Below are positions 30,132-37,960 of a DNA stretch of 64,000 nt, piece by piece. The stretch lies in assembly GCA_027317865.1 (NCBI GenBank), contig DAHVQG010000011.1, positions 1 through 64,000 of the forward strand, written 5' to 3'. The position numbers and the translations under genes are program-made. The DNA is from Bdellovibrionales bacterium. GTDB lineage: Bacteria; Bdellovibrionota; Bdellovibrionia; Bdellovibrionales; UBA1609. The notes beneath the pieces were generated by a model. It worked only from the letters and a program-made list of their open reading frames with translations, was not told the DNA's origin and did not search any database. Position 1 is the stretch's first letter; every line of letters starts with the position of its first letter.

Positions 30132-30597
30132 CGCCTGTACTTGTCGTGCCGCCCGCTACACCGGTGCTTGTAACTCCACCGGTTGTGCCGCCTGCTACGC
30201 CGGTGCTCACCATTGTTGGGTTACCCGTGCTCACAATAGTAGTACCACCGCCGGTACTCGTTGTGCCGCCAGTACCACCACCGGTACTCGTTGTGCCGCC
30301 AGTGCCACCGCCCGTGCTGGTTATTCCACCGCCCGTGCTGGTTATTCCGCCGGTACTTTGACCATTGTAGTATAAGCCGCTCGAGCTGATCCCATAATTC
30401 AAGCCAGTGCCACAGTAATTATTTGACCAATCGCAAAAATCTATGCCGTCGTAATATCCCCAGTAGCCATTGTGTACCAAGATTGCAACGCCACTGCCGG
30501 CGCCACTGGCACCGCCACCACACGCCGTAAGAGCTAGCGCCGCCACTGCGAGCCCTGCTCCGACACATATTTGTTTAAGTTTTAGCTGTAGCTTCAT
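29689..30597 (-). CDS. Thr/Gly-repeat lipoprotein, paralog 1
   Basis: RBS GAGGGGG; lipobox ALTAC; TSTGGG-type linker; helical C-terminal domain. Confidence 0.85.
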   Translation of the reverse strand: MKLQLKLKQICVGAGLAVAALALTACGGGASGAGSGVAILVHNGYWGYYDGIDFCDWSNNYCGTGLNYGISSSGLYYNGQSTGGITSTGGGITSTGGGTGGTTSTGGGTGGTTSTGGGTTIVSTGNPTMVSTGVAGGTTGGVTSTGVAGGTTSTGGTGGTTSSGYTNTTTGIENSTTDTGMMQAMVNMADVNAQANQMVTEFPISFEAARQLVQLQDKMQILQQNQELTGADQQALASAALSVGKVSHKDVVNALAQYANGNKNALTNVELKYAKGIGLPQSYLPMVRDQILPRLGVTLPNN

Positions 30598-30823
30598 TCG
30601 TTCCCCCTCTTTGACTTTGTTGTTAAACTTTTATCTTTGAACACCCTTTTACAAATCTATGACCGAGGATATTTTGTGGCCACGATCACGTCACGCGCCC
30701 CGTTCCCAACTTCGGTTTTTGCACGAAATTCATACTAGCGGTAATGCGCAGATAGTAAAAGAGTCACAGCGGGAGCCGCACGATTTAAAGCTGTGGCGCA
30801 TTAATTGTTAAACAATTGTTACT

Positions 30824-30858
30824 AAAAGCGAAAGGGCAACCGTTTGGCTGCCCTTTCT
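30824..30858 (-). terminator. Rho-independent terminator (copy 2)
   Basis: Same hairpin as copy 1, followed by CGCTTTT. Confidence 0.8.
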
Positions 30859-31349
30859 TGGTTCTGTTGAATTTTTACCTGTATCAGTTCTGGTACCGAT
30901 ACGGGCTTAGTTATTTGGTAACGTGACCCCGAGTCTTGGTAAAATCTGATCGCGCACCATCGGCAAATATGATTGCGGTAGACCTATGCCTTTTGCATAT
31001 TTCAGCTCTACATTCGTCAACGCGTTTTTGTTGCCGTTTGCGTATTGAGCTAAAGCGTTCACCACATCTTTGTGGCTCACTTTACCCACCGAAAGTGCCG
31101 CACTCGCAAGCGCTTGTTGATCTGCACCCGTTAGCTCCTGATTTTGTTGCAAAATCTGCATCTTATCTTGGAGCTGTACTAACTGCCGAGCCGCCTCAAA
31201 GCTAATCGGGAATTCCGTCACCATTTGATTGGCTTGAGCATTCACGTCGGCCATGTTTACCATCGCCTGCATCATGCCGGTGTCAGTCGTTGAATTTTCA
31301 ATACCCGTTGTCGTGTTGGTATAACCCGAGCTCGTCGTACCTCCCGTAC
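30829..31349. repeat. ~520-bp direct repeat, copy 2
   Basis: See copy 1. The ORF track shows identical antisense 89-aa ORFs at 29718 and 30936. Confidence 0.92.
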
Positions 31350-31923
31350 TTGTTGTTCCGCCACCAGTGCTGGTTACGCCACCGCCAGTACTCGTTGCTC
31401 CACTGCCGGTGCTATAGGTGTAGCCACCCGTACTTGTTGTTCCACCGCCTGTGCTGGTTACGCCGCCACCAGTACTTGTTGTTCCACCGCCTGTGCTGGT
31501 TACGCCACCACCTGTACTCGTCGTTCCGCCACCGGTACTTGTTGTTCCACCGCCCGTACTGGTTACACCGCCACCAGTACTTGTTGTTCCACCGCCTGTG
31601 CTGGTTACACCGCCACCGGTACTTGTTGTTCCACCGCCTGTGCTGGTTACGCCGCCACCGGTACTTGTCGTGCCACTCACGTATTGCCCATTGTAATACA
31701 ACCCGTTGTCGCTGATCCCATAGGCGAGACTTGTATTACAATAGCTATTGAGCGCATCGCAAAACTCAACACCGTCATAGTATCCCCAGTAGCCATTATG
31801 AACCAAGATCACAACACCGCCTCCGCGTCCGCTGCTCCCGCCGCCGCATGCTGTAAGAGCCAATGCTGCAACACCGAGCCCCGCTCCGACACATAATTGT
31901 TTAATTCTCTGTTGTAGCCCCAT
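30907..31923 (-). CDS. Thr/Gly-repeat lipoprotein, paralog 2
   Basis: Same architecture as paralog 1, with about 16 [TV]TSTGGG units. Confidence 0.85.
   Translation of the reverse strand: MGLQQRIKQLCVGAGLGVAALALTACGGGSSGRGGGVVILVHNGYWGYYDGVEFCDALNSYCNTSLAYGISDNGLYYNGQYVSGTTSTGGGVTSTGGGTTSTGGGVTSTGGGTTSTGGGVTSTGGGTTSTGGGTTSTGGGVTSTGGGTTSTGGGVTSTGGGTTSTGGYTYSTGSGATSTGGGVTSTGGGTTSTGGTTSSGYTNTTTGIENSTTDTGMMQAMVNMADVNAQANQMVTEFPISFEAARQLVQLQDKMQILQQNQELTGADQQALASAALSVGKVSHKDVVNALAQYANGNKNALTNVELKYAKGIGLPQSYLPMVRDQILPRLGVTLPNN
31339..31671 (-). repeat. 21-bp coding tandem array encoding [T/V]TSTGGG
   Basis: Eleven consecutive perfect heptapeptides plus about 5 further mostly variant units. Confidence 0.9.
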
Positions 31924-32165
31924 TCGGTCCCCCCTCTTTGTCTTTGTTGTTTAACTTTTTTCTTTAATCCCCATTTTCAAAATCTTGCGAGGACTATTTT
32001 GTGAATTGAGTTTGTGAGATGTACTTCGCAAATTGCCCCCGCCCCGAATTTGTTTTTTGCATGGGTTTAATAGGCGTGGCAATGCGCTAAACTTAAATGA
32101 ATCACATCCTCAACATACAATTTCGGTCATGCCGCGTCGACAACCTAAAAATTGTTAATTAACTG

Positions 32166-33752
32166 TTACTGTTGATTGGTGTGCCCGCACTGATCGAGTT
32201 TCGTCTTCAACCAGTGATCAAACACGGCACCCTGTAGAGTATCGGGATCGAAATTCAACCGAATCATAAATGGCGTTCGCGGATTTATCCGCGCGAGCCG
32301 CATAATATGATAAGCAATTGATTTGAGCCCAACCGGTTGTACAAAAATAAGAGTGTCACGCAAAAAGGGATCATTAAGTTGGTTTGCCAATCGCCAATAC
32401 GTTTGCATGACTTGCGGTAATTTCTTGTAAGAAGCAAGCGCTAGTATATCATCTGGTACCGTCCGCGTCGGCAAAAGATCACCGGCTCGCTCGTAATTTT
32501 CTAAATATTGAAGAACTTTATCGCCATTACCATTTTTGATTCCCATTTCAGCACGCAAAACTTCGGCGTCATGCCAAATTTGCTTTAGCGATCGATCAAA
32601 ACCCGGCACCCCGCCATGGCGGATGAGCGAATGAAGTGCGTCTGAGTCTGTACTGTAAACAATAAAATTTTCAGTGGCGTTATTGGGGTCGTCGATCAGA
32701 TTAGGTCTTACGCTGTCGATTTCACCCATCGTGCCCACGAAAGCTTCAGAACCAATTCGCGCCCGCGAAACACCGGTCGGGTCCATCGTCAGAGAAATTT
32801 GACCATCCTGCGAGGTCACCAACGTTCCGTTGACAGACCCGCTAAATAAAACACTGTGCGAACTCTCCGCATCCGGGCCCAAATAAAATCCGTTATCAAG
32901 TGCCTTACCGTTTTTCATTTGAACCGGATCGCGCGCAAACGCTTGAGATAAAGACGATCCGAAAACACGAGCCAACGCCAAATACTGAGCCACCTGCATT
33001 CCCTCACGACAATCGGCAAACACAAAATTGTGGGCAAGACTGTGAAATGCCCGGCTCAAATGCGCGTGGTCCGGCTCGTAACATATATTTGTGCCTTCGT
33101 CTCCGCCGGGAGTCACACACTGTACAACATGCCAATAGGGGATCACATGCCGCAATCCCAGAGCAATGTCGCGTTTTGTAAAGAATGGCCACCAAAACTG
33201 CCAGTCATGATGTAGCGGCGCCTTCCAACCATTATTCAAATCCAATCTATGCCGAAGATAATTCACTGTCGCATGAATAGCGCGGTTATATTTTTGCTGA
33301 AACGTGCAACGACTGCCATCGTCTTGAAGAGCCCAGTTCAATATGTCGTTGACGGTCACAACTGGCGGATGATGAGCCGGTAGCCGCGCGAGTTGATCTG
33401 TTTGAATTTGCTGCCAGTAATTCGAGGGCAGCTTCAATATATTATGCGGGCGCCAACCGTGCGGTTGAACGGTATCGTAACATTGCGGATCGTGAAAATA
33501 TTCTGGCTGAGAAAGGTTTGGAACTTCTTCAATACTCCACCCTAATTCGCGCAAAACACGTTCTCGGCAAGCAACAGAATATTGATCGAGCGGGTTACGC
33601 GACCAATTTTCCGAATGTTTTATAAGCGTTCGCGCCTGAACTGTAATCGCGATAAAAGCAAAGGAGGCAAAAAAAGTCAGCACTGTCAAAATGCTAGACA
33701 ATGTGACGCGCCGAAAAGCCTTCTGTTTTCTATTCGTCTTCAAATTCGACAT
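32166..33752 (-). CDS. Exported hypothetical protein, possibly Tgl-like transglutaminase fold
   Basis: N-terminal hydrophobic segment; FADCREGMQVAQYLALARVFG and a later TENFI resemble Bacillus Tgl blocks. Function is tentative. Confidence 0.55.
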   Translation of the reverse strand: MSNLKTNRKQKAFRRVTLSSILTVLTFFASFAFIAITVQARTLIKHSENWSRNPLDQYSVACRERVLRELGWSIEEVPNLSQPEYFHDPQCYDTVQPHGWRPHNILKLPSNYWQQIQTDQLARLPAHHPPVVTVNDILNWALQDDGSRCTFQQKYNRAIHATVNYLRHRLDLNNGWKAPLHHDWQFWWPFFTKRDIALGLRHVIPYWHVVQCVTPGGDEGTNICYEPDHAHLSRAFHSLAHNFVFADCREGMQVAQYLALARVFGSSLSQAFARDPVQMKNGKALDNGFYLGPDAESSHSVLFSGSVNGTLVTSQDGQISLTMDPTGVSRARIGSEAFVGTMGEIDSVRPNLIDDPNNATENFIVYSTDSDALHSLIRHGGVPGFDRSLKQIWHDAEVLRAEMGIKNGNGDKVLQYLENYERAGDLLPTRTVPDDILALASYKKLPQVMQTYWRLANQLNDPFLRDTLIFVQPVGLKSIAYHIMRLARINPRTPFMIRLNFDPDTLQGAVFDHWLKTKLDQCGHTNQQ

Positions 33753-33909
33753 GAGTGAATCGCTATTGCAAGTTTTGAGCTCATCATTAGACCGCGGTGT
33801 GACCATGTAGAAAATCGCCAGTCTGTTAATTTTATAACAGTCGAAATTCTTTTTGAATTTCTGTACCATCCGGGTATTCAGACGACAAGATTTTAAATTT
33901 GGAGAACAT

Positions 33910-36180
33910 ATGGGTCAGCGTTTGATGCGCGAAATTGTTATTTTTTTGATTTTAATTTTTGCTTGGCCGGCGCTTGGTCATAACGGATCGAATCGCGCTC
34001 CCACACCAGCCCCGGCGCCCGCGCCGAATCCACACCAAGGCGTTTTCACTCGTAGCTACAACAACATGCGCACCAATCTCGATTCAAATGAAACTTATTT
34101 GACTCCGCAACCGGGGATGCCGGGCTCGGTAAGCTTCGGCAACTTTGGCCGACTCGCGCAGTTCCCGACGAACGCTTACGTTTTTGCCCAACCGCTTTAT
34201 GTGACCAATGTGAACATCCCCGGCCAAGGCACTAAAAACGTTCTTTACGTGGCTGACGAGAGCGACACCGTTTACGCGTTCGATGCTTCGGGCAAAACAA
34301 CATCCCCCCTGTGGGAGGACCAGTTGACCGACGCTAAATTTTTAAAGCCCGCCGACGGTCAAAATCAATACCCGTTAACGGGCCAAGGCGCAGGTACAAG
34401 CGCCGACATTCAATGTCCGAATATTGCGCCTTTCCCTGGCTCAACGGTGGGAATTAACGGCACACCCGTAATTGACCCCGCAACGAACACTCTTTATGTG
34501 GTGACGGTTTCAAAAGATACGTCGGTTTCACCGACCCGTTATTACCAATACCTTCACGCACTCGACATCACCACGGGAGCAGAAAAATACGGCGGTCCGG
34601 TCATGCTCCCGTTTGCAAGCACTCCGTCGACAAGCGGCAATGTGCTTGATGCCCTTCACGAAAATCAGCACGAAGCCTTGGCACTTGAGCCCGGTGGCAA
34701 CGATAGCGACGGCAAACTCTATATCGCGTTTTCATCGAATTGCGATGAAGGCCCCTACACAGGGCTTATTCTGACTTACAACGCTCCATTGCTAGCTCAC
34801 GGTTCTGAAACGATGCAATTACAAAATCCGGTATGGCAATCGACATCGCAAAATGGCAACGAAGCGGGAATTTGGTCGCTGGGCAGCGGACCTGCAATCG
34901 GGCCGAACGGCAACGTTTACGTTGCGACGGGTAACGGAGCTTTTGACGGGCAAACTAATTTTGGTTGTAGCGTCTTGAAACTTGGGCCGACAAGCTCTGG
35001 CGGACTAATAAAAACCGATTTTTTCGCGCCCTTTGATCAGGCTAATATGAACACGATCCAGGTTGATTTAGACGTCGGCTCTGGTGGAGTGATGCTCTTA
35101 CCCGATCAATCCGGACCCAACCCTCATTTGGCCGTTGCTGGTGGTAAAGCCGGTCAAATTTATTTACTCAACCGTGACAACATGGGCGGATATTCGAGCT
35201 CGGACAGCGATTTTCAAAACATTGTGCAGTCGTTTAATTTAAACGGCACACCTTATGCTCAAGACGGCGTTTTCAATGGCATGACAGACGGACTTTATTC
35301 AAGCCCGGCATATTTCAATGGCCGTGTTTATTACGCGCCAGTGGGCGATTACCTCCGCGCCTATCAACTTACTAACGGTCTATTTACCTCGCCCTCGGGC
35401 ACGCCTCCCGGTATTATCGCACCCGTCGTTGAAACCAATTGGACTTTCAATTGGCCCGGCGGGACACCCACGATTTCATCAGATGGAAATAATAACGGCA
35501 TATTGTGGTTTGTCGACACCAGCCACGCCAATGACCCTCCTCTCGGGCAAGTGCCAGCCTCTTTATATGCGTTTGACGCCACTACATTACACCTTCTTTG
35601 GAGTAGCAACTCCACAGGATCAAATTGTAGCGTCGACACTGCCGACCAACTCGGTTGGGCCGTCAAACACGTCAGCCCCACTGTTTACAACGGCGACGTT
35701 TATGTCGGCACAAAAACAGGAGTGGATATGTACGGTACAAAGGCCGGCCTTGTGCAATCGTGCGTAGCGGATCCGTCGCCCACACCCACAATGCCAAGTG
35801 GCGCGACAATCACGATGCAATACGACGCCGCTAACTCCACATGCGGGAGCACGCTGCCGAATAGCTATTACAATTTCATGGTTCAACGTTGCGTAACGAG
35901 TGGTAACAATTATCCGCTTTGCGCGACAAGCGATACGACGGCCAATCCCGTGTATTACGCGAACCAGTTCGTAGATCTCCAGGTTAATGCGGCAACTCAA
36001 GTTGGCTTAGACACAAATAGCGGGACGGGTTGGCTATACGAGCTTATACCCGGCGCCAATAAAATTACGTTGTCTAACGGCCTGCCCGCAACTTTGTATG
36101 TGGAAGAGCCCGAACAATTCAACGTGAGCGCCACGGGATACACGACCGTTTCGGCTAAATTTTATTGTGTGGAGCAGTAG
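33910..36180 (+). CDS. Secreted PQQ-like beta-propeller protein with Cys-rich C-terminal domain
   Basis: RBS GGAG; AQPLYV, VYAFDA, GTPVIDP, LHALDITTG, GIWSLG, DLDVGSGG, GGKAG, LYAFDA, PTVYNGDVYVGT. Confidence 0.75.
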   Translation: MGQRLMREIVIFLILIFAWPALGHNGSNRAPTPAPAPAPNPHQGVFTRSYNNMRTNLDSNETYLTPQPGMPGSVSFGNFGRLAQFPTNAYVFAQPLYVTNVNIPGQGTKNVLYVADESDTVYAFDASGKTTSPLWEDQLTDAKFLKPADGQNQYPLTGQGAGTSADIQCPNIAPFPGSTVGINGTPVIDPATNTLYVVTVSKDTSVSPTRYYQYLHALDITTGAEKYGGPVMLPFASTPSTSGNVLDALHENQHEALALEPGGNDSDGKLYIAFSSNCDEGPYTGLILTYNAPLLAHGSETMQLQNPVWQSTSQNGNEAGIWSLGSGPAIGPNGNVYVATGNGAFDGQTNFGCSVLKLGPTSSGGLIKTDFFAPFDQANMNTIQVDLDVGSGGVMLLPDQSGPNPHLAVAGGKAGQIYLLNRDNMGGYSSSDSDFQNIVQSFNLNGTPYAQDGVFNGMTDGLYSSPAYFNGRVYYAPVGDYLRAYQLTNGLFTSPSGTPPGIIAPVVETNWTFNWPGGTPTISSDGNNNGILWFVDTSHANDPPLGQVPASLYAFDATTLHLLWSSNSTGSNCSVDTADQLGWAVKHVSPTVYNGDVYVGTKTGVDMYGTKAGLVQSCVADPSPTPTMPSGATITMQYDAANSTCGSTLPNSYYNFMVQRCVTSGNNYPLCATSDTTANPVYYANQFVDLQVNAATQVGLDTNSGTGWLYELIPGANKITLSNGLPATLYVEEPEQFNVSATGYTTVSAKFYCVEQ

Positions 36181-36194
36181 CGAGAGAAATTAAC

Positions 36195-37547
36195 GTGAAC
36201 TTAAAATCAGCCGTATCGTTATTTTGCGCGCTCTTAATTGGCACTACTTCAGTCGCGACGATTTCATTTTCTATTCCCGCACTTGGTGCTACGCCCATTC
36301 CGGTTGCCGCACGCAACGATTCGTCATTTGGCCGAACAGCAGATGAAAGATCGTTCGCCTTAAGACAAGAAATTCACGAAATATTTCAGAAACGCGGCAC
36401 GCAAGCGCTGACACACTTTTTGCGCGATAAGGCCGAAGCGGGTCTCGATCTGCAACCGCTGCGCGAATATTTTTTGAAGAAGAATAATGGGAAAATTGAA
36501 TTTATTGATGAACTGATCCCCGAAGGAGGTGAATCATTTATTAATTTTGCCAACGCCCAGCTTCGTCTTTCAGGCGTTGATTTCATACAGTTTCGCGGCA
36601 TCGTAGATAAAAATCTCAGGCTCGACGCACGGTCCCCTGCTCATCAAAAGCTTTACCAACGATGGCAAAAAATCCGCACATTCACCATACCTTATTTGGG
36701 ATTTGGCGTGGCGCTTATTCAAATGAGTCTCGGTATGATACCCAGCCATGCACAACTCGCGGCCAGTCTTGCGGGAGCAGTTTGCATTCTTGGACTCGAA
36801 ACGCAATTTGCGAAATTCAGCTCGTGGTGGAATCGCCATTTTTGGAGTAAAGACAAACCGTTTATTCGCTTATCGTGGCGGGTTACCGGCGAGCAAACAA
36901 CCCTTTCGAAAGCGGCAAAACTTCTCAATCGCCTTTTGGATTCCACCCAGCACGTCACCCAAGCACATGCCTGGATTTATTTGGTTAACTGGATTTACGC
37001 GTTAATATTGTACGCGGCGAGTACGGCAACCCTACGGTTCTACGGTGCAGCCGCTCCACATTTTTTGGCGCATTTTCTCAATTTTCTATCTAATACCTTT
37101 AAAACCGGCACGGCGAGTTTTTTTTCGTTTGCATTATTTCAAGTATTACTTGGCAAAGCATTTGCCCGCGGTGAAATTGCTGAACTTTTGCGCTATCAAC
37201 TTGAGTGTTTAGCCGTCGATTGGGGCACGATCTGGCGCGATGTCGCCGCTACTGGTGGCCGTCAACATCCCGGCCGAACGAAATTCGGCAATTTAATGCT
37301 CTACTCATTCGCTGCGTTTGCAACGGCTCCCTTATTGCTAAAAACCGCAATGTCCGGACTTTATGCAAAAAAAACTGCGCGAATTTTCACGTTAAACGGC
37401 GAACACGCGCGAAATTATTCATATTCTTGCATGCAGCTGCTAGCCGCCAAAGCTAAAAAAACGCCCAGCGATTTTTACATCATTATACCATTCTCAAAGC
37501 AAAAATCCGTCGGTGCGCTGCTTAAACGCCTCGGCCGGTCGCCGTAG
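36195..37547 (+). CDS. Hypothetical membrane protein
   Basis: Long ORF with a signal-like N-terminus and several hydrophobic segments; GTG start after the upstream stop. Confidence 0.6.
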   Translation: MNLKSAVSLFCALLIGTTSVATISFSIPALGATPIPVAARNDSSFGRTADERSFALRQEIHEIFQKRGTQALTHFLRDKAEAGLDLQPLREYFLKKNNGKIEFIDELIPEGGESFINFANAQLRLSGVDFIQFRGIVDKNLRLDARSPAHQKLYQRWQKIRTFTIPYLGFGVALIQMSLGMIPSHAQLAASLAGAVCILGLETQFAKFSSWWNRHFWSKDKPFIRLSWRVTGEQTTLSKAAKLLNRLLDSTQHVTQAHAWIYLVNWIYALILYAASTATLRFYGAAAPHFLAHFLNFLSNTFKTGTASFFSFALFQVLLGKAFARGEIAELLRYQLECLAVDWGTIWRDVAATGGRQHPGRTKFGNLMLYSFAAFATAPLLLKTAMSGLYAKKTARIFTLNGEHARNYSYSCMQLLAAKAKKTPSDFYIIIPFSKQKSVGALLKRLGRSP

Positions 37548-37596
37548 ATCAGTCCAACAAATTGACGTTAATTGGCAATGACGCTTGAATGTTCAG

Positions 37597-37941
37597 ATGG
37601 GTTTAAAGGTAATTAGCAACTCGCCAGATTGGATTCAAGCACACAGCTCGGGCGTCATCCTTCGATGTTATGTTCAACCTAATGCCTCTCGAACCGAAAT
37701 AACCGGCGAACATGGGGCTGGATCGAGTTCCCGTCTCAAAATTCGCCTGGCCGCGCGACCAGTTGACGGTGACGCAAACCGCGAACTTTTAAGATTTTTA
37801 AAAGTTCTAACCGGCCAGCCACAGTCGCGTATACATATAATTCGCGGCGAAAAGTCCCGCCAAAAAGACGTACTGTTTGCAGGAACAACCATTGACGCTT
37901 TATACACGTATTTCGTAGAATTCAACTTCATTCTCAAATAG
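37597..37941 (+). CDS. DUF167 (YggU/UPF0235) protein
   Basis: VQPNASRT, LKIRLAARPVDGDAN, IIRGEKSRQK. Confidence 0.88.
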   Translation: MGLKVISNSPDWIQAHSSGVILRCYVQPNASRTEITGEHGAGSSSRLKIRLAARPVDGDANRELLRFLKVLTGQPQSRIHIIRGEKSRQKDVLFAGTTIDALYTYFVEFNFILK

Positions 37942-37960
37942 GGCCCAAAAGCTGAATCCC

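Noticed and set aside
29611..31349. Duplicated block as a DGR template/variable pair or IS element
   Set aside because: Copies are essentially identical with no adenine-specific variation; no reverse transcriptase, transposase or terminal inverted repeats seen.
1..31671. 21-bp arrays (3-128, 31339-31671) as CRISPR
   Set aside because: No spacers, in-frame coding units with synonymous variation, and no cas genes.
30146..31715. Plus-strand Pro/Val-repeat and His/Arg/Leu-repeat ORFs (30146, 31290, 31451)
   Set aside because: Antisense shadows of the Thr/Gly repeats; the minus-strand genes have the RBS, lipobox and terminators.
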